A program made the translations under genes and the position numbers. Source: Eledone cirrhosa (taxonomy: Eukaryota). From it: a stretch of 64,000 nt of DNA. Positions within the stretch are counted from its first letter, which is position 1. Each line of letters starts with the position of its first letter. The notes under the pieces were generated by a model that saw only the letters and a program-made list of their open reading frames with translations, was not told the origin of the DNA and made no database searches. The stretch is taken from contig OZ024742.1 in assembly GCA_964016885.1 (NCBI GenBank), forward strand, positions 351,664,001-351,728,000. The letters are read 5' to 3'. Positions 28,500 through 42,814 of this stretch are shown piece after piece.

Positions 28500-31400
28500 G
28501 TATTGTACATTTTGACCTCTATAACAATTGTAAATTGTTTAAAACTTTAACCCAATTGTAGACAAAAACAACCTCCTCCTCGTGAGAGGGGTCTTTCTGC
28601 CCGTTATTTGGCCCTTCGGTGTTACATAACCGCTTATTGGGGTTTTGTGCCCCATATTTATTTTAAACAAAAAAAAAAACATGGCTACGAAAAAGAATTT
28701 TCATAGATCACTCCCACTCATTCCGTCTTCTTCTTCCTCAATCGTCACTACAGCAGAGAGAAGATTGTCTCTCTCCCTCCCTTTTCTAAATATGTCTCTC
28801 TCCCTCCCTTCTATTTGGCAAGCGACGCCAGAAAAGAAAAATCACGTGCAAAGCGTGCAAGATTTCTCCACGACGACGACGACAACGACGAAAAAGGTGT
28901 GCGGGAAATACGAAAACCCATTTCATTCGTCTGACACAGGAATAATAGCAGTAGCAGCCGTAATAACAGAAGCAGCTGCAACAGTGACAAGGAAAACAAC
29001 AGTAGCAGCCGCAACAGCATTAGCAGCAGCATAAACAACAACATCATTAGCAGCAACAACACCAGCAGCAGCAGCAACAACAACAACAACCACAGCAACA
29101 GCAGCGGAGGCAGTAGTCGTAGTAACTGCAGCAACAACAAAAGTAACAGCAGCTCTGACGACAACAACAACAACAACAACAACAGCAAAGAAAAACCAAT
29201 CTCGTTTGCAGGTATCGCAAAGAACCTGGAAACAATCCTCATAACAAATGAGGAATTAGAGGAGGCGAAGAAGATGGTGACAAAAACCGGACACCGAGAA
29301 ATCTGCAAGGCAGCCGAAACATTTTTCGAAACCCAACAACATTGTACGGTCAGGTACCGTACAGTAAGCACACAATCCCGTAGGGTTGAAAGAGCCACAG
29401 AGGCTCAAATACAAAAAAGACTTAGGGTATGTGGGACAGCGAAAACGCCATCACCCGAGGCAAGAAATATGCCACCGTAGACGTGCTTTTTGCCACACCC
29501 CAGGAGGCAAAGGCTCAATCCTTAGTCACCCTAAGGAGCGAGGAAATGGTGTTGGTGCCCTCCTACTGCGGGCAACAAATAGTGAGGGTCAAACTGACAC
29601 ACGTCCTCCCCGGGATGGTCCCTTCTTGGCTGGCCGCGTCTGTCCTCGTCGGAATCGAGGACAAAACAACTGTACTGCAAGTACAGAAAAAAGTAAGAGA
29701 ACATTGGGTCGGCATCTCCATTGAGATGTTAATCCAAACCAACCAGGAGTGCATCGAAGCTATCCGGGATGTGATAGACTTCGATAACGGCACTCAACTG
29801 CCCATAAGTGTTGAGGGCAAACGCCCGAAATGCTTTCTCTGAGGATCGAAGACTCACCTCAGGGCCTTCTGCAACGAGAAGACCCTGAGAACGGAAAAAA
29901 AACCCATCCTCGCGAAACCGGCTCCACGGCTATCAACAACAGAACAAGCGGCAACCAGAAACGATAGGTCCGTGGCACAAATTCCCACGCCACAGAAATC
30001 AAAAACAGCAGCATCAGTGGAACTATTAACAACAACAACAACAGTAATACCAAATGCAGCTGCAGCAGAGAATGCAGTGCAAACATCATCAACAACAACA
30101 AGTGAAAGAGTGGTGCTGGTACCCCTCCCCGACCTCACAGAATCAGACATGGAGTGTGAGGTGGGAGAGGGATGGCAAAAGGTCGTAAGAAGGCACAAAC
30201 GCAGAAGCAGCGCATCGTCGCCTGCGAACAGGGAGGAAAGAAATGAAAAAAGGATAAAGGCTACTGCAAAGAGACTCACAGCAGCAACACCACCAACACT
30301 ATCACCACCCACACTAGCACCACCATCACCACCGGCGACAACCCCACCGCCAACTACAACAACACCTTCAACACCACCACCACAAGCATCAACATCGCAA
30401 ACACAACTACAAAACACACACACCCAGCAACAACGACAATAACATAGCAGAACCACACCCCACCCCCAGAAAAAACAGATGCACGGAAATAAATACACAC
30501 AACAAGAAACTAATGACTTACATAATTGAACACACAGACATTTCACAGCACGACTACATAATACGAGCACCAATCAAAACGCCAACTAACATAAGACTGC
30601 TGAAAATAGCACAGAAACAATACACAAACATTAAAACGAAATTCCCCAAAGCAGTTGGTGATTTCAGAGACCTAGGAGGGACTCTCAACCGGAGAGTATA
30701 TTCGGACATACTCATAGAAGAGCCGACGACCAGCCGAAGGGAAGATTCAACGGTCCCTTCACCAGACGATCAAGTGAAAAGGGATGGAAAAACCATCCTT
30801 GCTCTACGAAAAGTACGGCAAGTGGTCTTTCCCATCTTTTCCACTCTATTTTAAACATGACCTCACTCAGAATAGGCAGCATAAATGCGCGTGTCTTGGG
30901 GTCGTCATGGAGGCAGGGTCACCTACTCAACGACCTCAAGTCACTAAAGATAGATGTAGTGGCCATCAGTGAGACCAGAATCTCCGAAGCACGGGCCTTC
31001 GCACCAATCTTCGGCAGCTACGATGTGTACGCATCTCCCAGCCGTCCTGTATCGGGGGGAGGAGTTGCTGTGATTTTTCGGAGAGGTTTGAATCTCTCCA
31101 TATGGGCCATCTTCCTGGACCCAGGGGGTAAGTTGGTAGAGCTGGACGTGACCAGCGGAGACGGGCAAACTTTCAGGCTAGTGGCCGTCTAAGCTTTTCA
31201 GCGACACTTCGCTCAGCTGTTCGGGGACAGCGGTGGGCCGGGTCGAGAGATGGACTTTAGTGTCTACCTCGACGGACTGCCGCGCCTCTCGGCTACTGAG
31301 GCGGAGTGTTGGGAAAAGCCGATAACAGCCGCTGAAGTAAGGGAGGCAATGACTGGCTGCACAATTGGGTAAATCGCCTGGTTTGGATGGTCTGTCCTAT

Positions 31401-33668
31401 GAACTTTACGTACAGATGCCAGACTTGTTTGGAGGTCTCTTGGCGGACGTCTACTGCAACTGGCAACAGAACGGGAGAATTCCCAGCCCTGTGAGCCCAG
31501 GAGCGGTGGCACTGCTGAGAAAGGATCCGAACAAGGGGATAACATAGATAATTTCAAGCCCATAACTCTGCTAAACACAGAGTTCAAGATGTTGGCCAAG
31601 GTGCTTTCAAAGAGGTTGGCGCTTGTCGTTGGTGGTCTGGTTGGAGAGGCGCAGACATGCGCCATTCCCAACAGATCCATCCACGACAACCTCTACCTCA
31701 TCCGATACATCGTAGAGAGCGTAGCTAGGGAACCTGGCACTGGTGGGTCCTTGATCAATTTAGATAATTCGAAAGCTTTCGATAGGGTCGACCATCGTTA
31801 CCTAGAGGCAGTCCTGAGGGCGGCTGGCTTTGGGCCCATCTTCAGAGGATGGATCGCTGCCATGCACAGCGACATCTGCTCTGTGGTGAGAGTGAACGGT
31901 CACCTTTCGGAACCGTTCAACATCATGCGGTCGGTCCGCCAAGGATGTCCCCTCTCGTCCCTCTTGTACGTATTGACTCTCGAACCATTACTGCACAAAC
32001 TGGACACGTTGAGGGGCGTCCCGCGCAAACTAGGATGCGGAAGATCCGTGTCAGCATATGCGGACGATGTCACCGTAGTGGTGTCGAATGCCAAACACAT
32101 CGAGGCGATCGGCACTACACTAAGAGAATACGAAGCGGTGAAAGGAGCAATGATCAACCAGTAAAAGTTAGTGGGTTTGCAGCTCGTCACCTGGAGAGGC
32201 AGGTCCATGCCGTCCAACAGCGTCTTCGGACGCTGGACGGGCGGACCGGTTAAATTGCTAGCGGTCTGGTTCGGTTCGGACCTCCAGACGGACAAAAACT
32301 GGGACGAGGTGACGAGCAGGGTGGCTTCTCTCACCCAGAAATGGGCGGAGAGGAAGCTATCCCTGAAAGGTCGGGCGGAGGTGGCTAACGCGTAGCTCGC
32401 GTCTGTCATCTGCTACCGCCTGACCGTCGTACCTTGTCCTAAGCCCCGCCTGACTGCGCTGGAGCGTTTCCTCTTTCGCTTTTTGTGGAAGGGATGCGCT
32501 CCGATTATCAGGCGGTCCATCTGCTGTCAACACCCGCTACGTGGAAGGCTGGGAATGCCGTGGCTGATGATGCGCAAACACGCGCTCATCTACGACCATT
32601 CCACCTCTTCCTCGACTTTGATCAGGTGTGGTCGCCGTTTGCTAGACATGTATTTCCCCAGCTCGTTTCCTTGACGGAGCTGCAGACCTGGGTCACGCGA
32701 AGACCGAGAGGGAGCGCCTGGAGACTGGAATGTCTTCAGGCGCTCACAGCCCTCGACCAATCGGGCAATGTGATCGGTGGAAACTCCACCTCGGCGTTCT
32801 ATAGATGATTAGTGGAGGGGAAGAGCGAGGACGTACTTGGGGAAATTCTAGGCGTCGACTAAAATACATAAACCAATCTCTTCGGAAGAACATTAGGGCC
32901 GCGACCTATGGACAATTTCCAGACATCTCTGGCCTGAAAGTGCTACCCAGGAGCCTTGCAAGTTCAGGATAAACTCTACAGGCATGGAGGTGCCGTCAGC
33001 CGGGCATGTCCGAGATGCGCGCAGGGCGACGAAACCGTCCTGCACGCACTCGTCCAGTGTCCGAGCATTGCTGACTTGTGGGTTTATGTCGAACACCTGC
33101 TGTCGCGTGTAAGACGGATCCGGCTATCATCTGGGTCCATCGTGAGGAATGCCCCGCCCCCTTCCTTTATCCGGGAAGGGCAGGCAGTTTTTATCTGTCT
33201 GGTGGCCATGGCGGAAAAGATAGTAAGGTGGACACGTTTGGAAGGGCGGAAGACGAGCACTTACCCCTTCGGCGATGCCCTGATTGACTTTTTCAAATTC
33301 CATTTGAAAAGGAAAATCAGAGTAGAGAGGGAAGTGCTCTCTTCCCAGCATTTTGTTGAAAGATGGGTGAGAGAAGCAAGAATGGCCCGAGTGAATGGGC
33401 CTACTCTGAGTACGTATATGTAAATTAAAGGTGGAAAACTGGGAAATGGCACTTGCCGTGGTCAGCGGCACTGTGGCTTTTTACTGGGCTTTCTCCACAA
33501 ATGTCCCTCCGAAGTCTCCCCCCTATTGGGGAATTTTTCATTGTTATTTTTTGTTACATCCTCTATTTTTGTTTTTTACAAGCAGAAATGCCCATTAGTA
33601 CCGTCCTGTATTGTCCTGCACTGTCCTTAATGTCTACTTTATGTAAACCCTTGTGGTTAATAAAGAAA

Positions 33669-33703
<35 letters not shown>

Positions 33704-33713
33704 GTTGTTATTA
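28500..33713 (+). mobile_element. Tx1/L1-type non-LTR retrotransposon copy 2 (near full length, ORF1 and ORF2 disrupted)
   Basis: ORF1 from ~28681 has an RRM-like segment and a CxxCxxxxHxxxxC-type knuckle (~29831-29872). ORF2 starts at ATG 30857, with RT motifs LDNSKAFDRV, VRQGCPLS and YADD (31589-32164), a C-terminal zinc finger and an (ATT)n tail. Confidence 0.93.
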
Positions 33714-34210
33714 CTCTTTGAGTCTCGGTCATTGATGTTAGTTAACTGAAAAATTTGTTGAAATGAATATCAAGCCACTACCTGCAGCCTCAGATATTCA
33801 GGACGTATCGGAGGGTTCTTGCTGTTCCCAGCAAGCATGCCTTTTGAAGCGTTCCAAAAAGCGTGAAGCGCCAATTTTCTTTAACCATCCCTGGAAACTT
33901 TTTGAGATAGTCCCTAATACGCCTATGACAATCGGGATCACTATTATCGTTATTATCATGGTAGTGTAAATATTTTGCATTGGCGTCCATAGTCTTTATT
34001 GAATAATTGTTCTAGTAGAGATTTCGTGGGAAGAGTGGGCATACTCAGGCTTTATTGTGCGATACATGTTTGCGCGTGTGTGTTAGCAACATATTTTTAC
34101 ATTGTTTCGCAACATCATTCACATACAATTTATTCGGCTGCCATAGGTGTCAAGATATAGGCATGGGAGACATCTAAATATTGTACACACCAGTGTTGAA
34201 TGTATAATGC
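33714..34210 (-). pseudogene. 3' end of an R4/Dong-like LINE with restriction-like endonuclease
   Basis: IVIPIVIGVLGTISKSFQGWLKKIG and LQKACLLGTARTLRYVL (frameshifted), then a short 3' UTR ending in (TAA)n on the minus strand. Confidence 0.75.
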
Positions 34211-35714
34211 AGTGCCACGGTCTCTTCATTGCCAATATTTTGATGTAATAGATTTTCATTACCTTAATCAAATATATTTTATTAATTTAGAATACACGCA
34301 TTGTAAAACCTTAAACTACATTTCAAACACCTACGGGTAAATAATTGAAAGAGAAGGCTTTTTCTGACATCCGTTTTTTTAATCTTTTCTTTCGTTAGTC
34401 ACACTTGCATGTCACGTTGACATTATTAGTTCTATCTTGGGAGAAACAAATATCTGTTTGGAAAAAGAGCCAGGAGTTGTATGTAATTAATACGAAGGTT
34501 ATTGGGATAAGTGAACGAATTCCGGGATTTTAGTGAAGTGCTATCTAATTCAACATGTACGCAATAACCTAATAATTGAATTCCAATAATGAGTGTGATT
34601 GGAGATAACTTATTTCATTGGCTTGACAATTGTAATTAGAACAGAAACCCACTTTATATCTATGATATTTGGATAATAACTCTTAGCTAATTTTACCACG
34701 TGAATAACGGCAATTAGCAAAGGGAAGTTGGCAGATCATTTTAGAGGGAGTGTATAATTTTATATTACCAAATGTTGGTTACAGCACTCTTTAACGCGGA
34801 TTTGAATGAAAATGTAAAGATAACATGAGTTATTGAAAAATAATTTGGAAAAGCTGCGCGCTGAAAAGAAATGGCCTAGTGAATAAACGAAATAAATGAA
34901 GAAAATAATGAGGTTGTCCGATTATAATTCAAAGCAAACGAACTCATCATCTATGACAATGAATGCGATGACCTAACTCCTACCAATTCTCATACACTAT
35001 TTGGTCATTTACCACATGAATCAGATACTTTATCGACTACGTAAAACAGACCAGTTTTGTCACCAAACTTTATTTACATACCCTACAGAGGGGAGATGTG
35101 TATTTTCCTTAAAGAGAGAACGCTCAGTTGAATTGAGAATTATATAACCCCACTCTAGACTGATGATGGTACTACTATTTTGTCAGTGAGCCGACGTGCC
35201 GTAGGTCACCGTTGGTCTAGAACCTACCAGTAAAACCGACGCACCATGGGCGGCCTCACCTGGAGCAAAACTTCTCACGGTAACGCCTTCTCAAACCCAT
35301 CTAACAAGAGGAAGAAAACAAGAAGATCTTTTGGTTGATGGAAGTGCATACGCAATAGCAAAAAACACTTATTAATAAGAGAAAAAGAGTATCATTAAGA
35401 GAAAATGTGTAACAACCCCAAAAAACTCCACATAATTTTTTTTATAATTGAACCACACCCTGGTCACTATTAACTCCGTGAAGTGTCGTTTATTTCGATA
35501 AAGTGTACCTGGGACACACACCGATGGAAAAGTCAAATATCTGGAAATACCAATACCAATCACATCGCGTCAAGTGCACACAACCCAGTAACTTCCTTTA
35601 TTTGAGCATACACATTCACCCATCACTACATATAAATAAAACTTATATGTAGTAATTACAAAAAGGAAACTCCAAAACTAGAAACCATATTTATATATAT
35701 ATATATATATATAT

Positions 35715-38610
35715 AGTAATAATAATACATTTGAAGACTAAAATCCAAAGAGGGCTCGATAAGGATAAATATATATCAAATATATAAGACCCGTAGAGCA
35801 AATATTTATTAAAATAACAGATTAAAGTTTAAGCAAAGAATCGCTGCTTTCACCCTTAACGGGATCTTCTGAAACTAACAGATTCAATCTGTAAACGCAG
35901 AAGTGAATATTTCAAAAACGTTGCAACCGGATGAAGACATGAATACGATACTTTGTTTCGTGGTAACGTTCCCTGGCAAAGAACGGGAAAAAACGAATAT
36001 AGTACGTCATTAATAGAAGCGGTGAAAAACAATTACGCGCAAAGACAGAAACACGTTTATGGTATAACAGAGGTCGTAGACCAAAGTTCTCTTAGGTGGT
36101 TCATAGAGACGTTCTCTGGCAATGAACGAAAAAAACGAAGATAATTAATACGTCATACGTGGAGCGTGGAGAACAATTGCACGCAAAGATAAAACCACGT
36201 AAATGGTATAGCAGAAGTCGTAGACTAAAATTCTAACTAGGAGACCGAATGAATCTCCGCTTCAGAGTTAAGAATAAAGTAAATAAATACAATACAGAGG
36301 TTATAGAAATTAAATAAATACATACAGGCATACAAATACGTACATACACAAGCATACGCGAAAACACTTACCATAGGTATACAAAACCACGCACATATAA
36401 ATGTGTGTGTGTGTGTGTGCGTGTATACACATAAATAAATAATTAAATAAACGTATATAAATAAATACGTATATAGCAAGCGCACACACATACCTATATG
36501 TAAATACACAAATATTCGGAGACGTAAGTCAACCAAAACATGAAGTACACATATACACACACCCTACATACGTACGAACCTGCATACTTACACAGACGCA
36601 AAACTCCCGTATACACATAAACAAACCCTATGTACCAGAATATATAAAATTATACGCCATAACATATACAACCAAATATACGTACGAGAAAGTATACGTA
36701 GCTTCACAAAACATACAGGTCATATATACTTACCTATGCAAATCAGTAATGGTATAAACAAAACATATACTTAGCTACCACATCAAGACGTAAAATATCC
36801 ACGTATAGATCGTACTATCCGTTAGGGTATAACGTGGGGCTGTAATACAGGAAAGTTTTGAGCAATTTATGTTTACAAGCCGAAATTGCCTCAGATTTTT
36901 TGTTTAAGATGTGGTCTGTGGCGTAGAGTATTTCCAGGGCCTCAGCGGCGCAGAGGTTACATGATCTTTTATTTCCGTTATACGATCTAGCCCTAGCTAG
37001 GATCTCCCTGTGTAACTTATATTGGGTGTGGTTGTCTTTTAGGCTCAAGATATAAGCTGAAAGTGACGTCATATTCCTTCTTAGAGGGTAACGAAAAGAA
37101 TGGGTATGCATGTAAAGACGCTGCTTGAATCTATTGGCGGTTAACCCTATGTAGGCCCTACTGGACGTGGGTGTCTCAACCTTACATTTGTAGACAATGT
37201 TACTAGAGAGGCATTTCCCGGATGGGGGCAATCAACCAGATTCCTACAATTACAGTTAGTACTAACTACAGTGTTGCACGTGTTACTACGGCTAGGTAGT
37301 TTAGCTAAATTTGAAGCTGTGATGTTATGTGCAAGGTTAGGAGTCTTAGAGCAAGACATTTTAATAGTATTTCTATTAAACCTTTTACTATATTGATGTG
37401 TAGGGGGAATGCTTCGTAATAAGGGAAAGAAAGATCTTAGCAAATGGTGTGGCCATATGAAATGGTGGGTTATATCAACAAATGCGACGGGATCTATTTC
37501 TTCTAGGTCTATTTTCGTACTCTGTATATGCTAATTGTCGACAAATCCACTCCGAGCAAGAGCTTCATTGTAATAAGTGGAATGGTCGTTGAAAATATGC
37601 TCGTTAGTAGATAGACGGGAAAGCCTCAACGAAACGTTTCCTACCAGGTTCTTGGTTATGCTGGCAGGATGGTTGGAATGCTTACTTATGTAATTAAGCG
37701 AATCATTCGGCTTTCTATACGGGTAATACAACCCATTCGATAAATTAAGTGTAACGTCGAGGTAATTAACGACCGAGAGATTGGACTTAACCTGTATAGA
37801 GAGGTGGAAGCCTCTAAAGAAGTCTGTGAGTTATTCTCTGAACCTGTCGCAAGCACGAGGTCCGCACTTATTCATGTTCAAAAGACCATCATCACGGTGC
37901 AAACCACCGCCCGCGTTGGGGAATTCGTCCTTGATAGAGAAAAGAAGGAAAAGGCCGATAAGATTAGTTAACCTCCGCAGAATCGCTGGCGCCCACACTC
38001 ACGTCGAATTGGGTACTATTGGATGTTTTAATCCAAATAGAGTCGTCGAAATTAATCACCGACTTACGGGCATTGAGGATGACATCAACTTCGAAATCCT
38101 TAACCACTGTGAGTGTTTTAGCGAAATTGATAGCTCTAAGGAGAAGTGGTAAAATGATGGAGGAATAGTAATTGTTGATGTCGAATTGGATAAAACGGCA
38201 TTCTTCCTTGTTACATATGCCGTTGAACCAATCAATCACCGCGAAAGAATTGTTCCACAGTGCAAGAGAGGCCACACTTCTAGTTTCAGGTATAATTCTA
38301 TCAATAATCGTTTTACTAAGTCTACCTAAATCGGACTTCGTAGTTTTAATAAGCCGAATAGAGGAGTTGTTCAGAAAATTGGAATTGTGATCCTTCAGGG
38401 TAAAGTGGGGAGATATAGGGTCCAGAGTTTCGGTCCGGTCCAGGATATTGAGATCAGATGTGATTTTAAACCCAGCATCGTTGATTTCATTGATCACGCA
38501 CCGATTAGTTTTACGGTAATCCTTAGCTACAGCATTATGTAGTAGTTGATGGTAAGTACTGCGCTCCAAAGCAGCGATTCTTTGCTTAAACTTTACTCTG
38601 TTATTTTAAT
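35715..38610 (-). mobile_element. Naiad-type Penelope-like element (RT, GIY-YIG, 3' UTR), 5'-truncated and frameshifted
   Basis: RT motifs FIQFDINNYYSSI, FDVSVGASDSAEV and GGLHRDDGL; YYPYRKPND..YISKHSNHP; FNRNTIKMSCS; CNCR..CP..GKC..NIVY..YIGLT..FKQRL..CNLC..LNKKSE..CKH. An inverted copy of its own 3' end lies at 38568-38610. Confidence 0.92.
35826..35876 (-). ncRNA. Hammerhead-like motif with CAGAAGA core (family C) in the Naiad 3' UTR
   Basis: AGTTT-CAGAAGA-TCCC-GTTAA-GGGT-GAAA-GCA-GCGATTCTT-TGC-TT-AAACT, on the same strand as the Naiad ORF. Confidence 0.72.
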
Positions 38611-38831
38611 AAATATATATATATATATATATATGAAGAGAGTTGTGAACCCCGACGGCAGAGCTAAAGCCGTCTCGACTGCTATTTCTGGACTCCAGAT
38701 ATAGATGTCGAAAAGGCGTCAGCTCCGCCGTCGGGTTTCTGACTCTTTTTCTATTACCCATTTCTACTAGCCAAAGTATCGAGTACTCTGGTCCGTTATG
38801 GTCCACTTTGTTCCTTACCAGACTACCTTCG

Positions 38832-38906
<75 letters not shown>

Positions 38907-38925
38907 CTTCACATTTCTTATTAAT

Positions 38926-38974
<49 letters not shown>

Positions 38975-39359
38975 AGTTATGATATTTACAATGTTACTAA
39001 AATTACAGTTTACCATTAGTCCTTGTAATCCGGAGAATATAAGAAATATTTTTACACTGTTGAATATTTAGTGTTATTGTATATCGTTTGAAGTGTTTGT
39101 TTGTTTTTTCCTATCGATATGGCGAAGGATATAAAATGCTAAATAGGAAATAAAAAAAAACGAATTGCCACAAAACAACTGGCTTATAATATAGATAAAT
39201 ATTTATAATTTTAAATGTTGGAAACGAAAGTCAAGTTACGCAACGTTTGCATAAACTAGAGAGTTGTGAATAATAAAGTTATACATGAAATAACAAGTAA
39301 ATAGAATATCTGAACCGTATGCAGATTTGAATAAGTTAGTTTAACGAGAGATAAACTCA

Positions 39360-39398
<39 letters not shown>

Positions 39399-39722
39399 AT
39401 AATTGAGTTTATATATGTATATATGTTAGCTTGTGTTAACGTGAGTGTGCGAGCACACACTTGCACAAACACGCATATGTTGATACTTATATATATATAT
39501 AGAATTCACCATAAGTGGTTATATTTTAATCAGATTTTCACATACAAATAGTCATGCGTCAAATTGTGTGTGGATACAATTTCTACATATGTATATACAT
39601 ATATACATATGTATGTATTATCGGTATATATAGCACATTAACAAGATAGAATAGTATTTTGTACGTTCCCTATATTAAACGTATTTGACACAACTTTTGT
39701 AATCTCATTTCAAATATGTAAT

Positions 39723-39826
<104 letters not shown>

Positions 39827-40059
39827 AATGTATATATATATATACCGGGGAAACGGAAAGCTAGAGCGAGAGTGAGAGAGGCATTGCTTATCTAAGGTAA
39901 TAGATGTATAAATTGATAAACTATGTGTGAGAAATCAGTGAAACTAAAAATTAAAATAAATATGCATTAACGATTTTTAAAATATTCGAAAAATATTATA
40001 AAACCCAAATAACTTTGTATGTAGAATTTGATATTGGAGAATTTTATTCGGAGATAAAC

Positions 40060-40147
<88 letters not shown>

Positions 40148-40235
40148 TTGTATGTATATATATATATATAGATAGAGATATAGATAGATATATGTAATAT
40201 CTATAAGTATATATATATATTTATATATATACATA

Positions 40236-40312
<77 letters not shown>

Positions 40313-41049
40313 CTGATACGTAGAAATAAAAATTTTATTTGTAAACTTGACGCCTTATCAATATTGTCTGAGAATAAAATGTTGAATACTCCTCCGAATC
40401 AACATAATATCCCAGTCAATTGCATATTCGATATCTATCAGATAATCATGATTTATCTAAGAAATTATTCTGTAAAATAATCTCCATACCATAAACCAAA
40501 ATTATTCAAGTTTCAACTTCATATTCTATGTCTATGTATATATTTTGTAAATCTTATTTTTTCACGATACTCAGTGAGAACAAACAATGGAAGTTTGAGA
40601 AGAGTGTAGTATGATTGAAATGTAAGTGTATTTGATGTCTACTTTTTGCAAACTTTAATAAAACGCTTATGTGCAATAATATATTTGATTAAAACCGGCG
40701 ATATACCTACGTATATATGTACTTCTTTCGATATATATATTTTCAACAGGATTTACATTAATTCAAATTTGTGATTGGTGGTCTCAACTAATTTGATGAA
40801 ATTGCTGCAATCTTACGTATATACAACATATATCTTGTCGCAAGTATTTCAGTTGTTGTTATTAAAGTTGTTTTTAGTAACCTCCCGTTACTGTCCTCAT
40901 CTTCATACATGGAACGCATCTTGTTTTTATTTCTATATTAACATCATCTACCGTTTTGATCTAATACTTCACTAACATTAAATCAAACAATATTAGCCAT
41001 TTGTCAGCCATATATTTGCAGATGTAGCCTTCCCTAGTGGTGAAGTATA

Positions 41050-41675
41050 AGCTAGATATGGGTCCGCTAACCCATATATACTTGTATGCAGACACAGGTA
41101 TGTAAGAACACACAAGTACATGCTCTTCGGCCTCTAAGTAAAAAATCAGCAGTGTTAAGTGGTCAAATGGGATCTATAACAAGATGTGTCTACATAGCTA
41201 TTTATACTAGTACAAACACGAATGCATCCAGTATGAGGTCGAATGACTGGAATCAGAAGCCGGATCTCCATTAAAACACATGTAAGCTCTAAGAAAAGTT
41301 GCCATGTAAGGTTATTTGAGTTAAGTTACAGATAGTAGGAGGCGCTTTAAAGCAAAATGCATCTGAGAAAGACACACACATTAGTTTCCTCGACATGTGG
41401 TTATATTGTCTCAGAAAACTGTAGATAGGCGGATTTTACGGGCAACAACCACAGGTAATAGACCCAGGCGTAGACCACGAGCAAGACTGGGGATGCAGCT
41501 GGGTCAGTTGGAGATGTTGCATCTGACAGGACCCACTGTAATGAGCATCTGAGGACAATATGCCCAAGACACTTTCAAGAATAAGAAGTGGTCGACGAAG
41601 AATCAGAAGAAGAGCTAGATGAAGAAGCGCTAGAAGAAAAAGAAGACTAATAAGAACAGGAAAAAGAAGAATAAC
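41050..41675 (+). pseudogene. Highly degraded RTE-like LINE 3' end
   Basis: RPRRRPRARL (resembling RPxGRPRxRW) near 41460, followed by a GAA-rich tail at 41580-41675. Confidence 0.4.
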
Positions 41676-42109
41676 AAGGTTCCTTATGTCGAAATACTAC
41701 CTCAATATAATATCAAAGTCTCTAGAAATATATCAGAAACATGTTTATTTTATTTTGCCTGTAATAGTATTATTCCAGAAAAAGTTACGGAGTAGCCCCA
41801 AGATGAAATACAACACATTCATCCTCTAATGGAAGATTCTATTAAAAATTTAGAATATGTTTATAGTGTTATGTTTCAGCAGATGTTGGGTCAAATGTCC
41901 GTCAGTGTGTATATACTTGTAGGTTGTTCCGTGTATTCAGGTATGAGCATGCACCATCGTAGGTTGCCATATACGTCCACAAATATTTCTTTAACTTAGG
42001 AATATGTGCATACACACATATGTATGTATGTACGTATGTTTGTATGTACGTATACATGTATGTATGTATACATGCAAGCATATATGTATGTATATATGTG
42101 TGTATGTAT

Positions 42110-42171
<62 letters not shown>

Positions 42172-42340
42172 AGGGTTGACGGACCCACCCCCACCATATT
42201 TATCAAAGCCAATACCGTTTGTATCTCAGAGCACTCCACGGGCAATGTAAGATACATTATCAGAGTCTGCACAAACTTATTTCCTTCAACACAACACACA
42301 TAAAACTGGTGCCTATAAGGTTCCCAGACTCGAGTGTCTT

Positions 42341-42373
<33 letters not shown>

Positions 42374-42428
42374 GTGTGTGTGTGTGTATGTGTGTATCTG
42401 TGTGCATGTGTGTGTGTGTGTGTGTGTA

Positions 42429-42554
<126 letters not shown>

Positions 42555-42587
42555 TGTGTAATATGGAAAACGAAGAATCAATTTATT

Positions 42588-42680
42588 ACGTATAACAATT
42601 GTTTCTACAGTGAACAGCTCGAGGTGTGATCCGTTTGTGGATCGAACCCTACTCTGGATTCGCAAGCTCCTCAGATACGT
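42588..42680 (-). ncRNA. Type I hammerhead with a large stem II insertion (family D)
   Basis: ACGTAT-CTGAGGA-~60 nt-GAAA-CAATTG(palindrome)-TT-ATACGT. Confidence 0.75.
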
Positions 42681-42814
42681 GTAGTTATTTTGAAGTAAAT
42701 TCTCTTTCATATATATGTATATATGGATATTTATTATTCCTATGATTTCTTACGAATGAAACAGATGTAGACTTGTAATTTCTAAAGACAAAATGAATAT
42801 ATACTTATATATGT

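Noticed and set aside
26945-31195. Splicing as the cause of the Tx1 internal deletions
   Set aside because: The deleted segments lack GT-AG boundaries on either strand.
34300-35000. Possible Helitron helicase relic (ELIIYD-like string near 34940)
   Set aside because: There is only one short motif among many stop codons.
35154-35222. CTGATGA followed by hairpins
   Set aside because: GAAA is absent and the stem I register does not fit.
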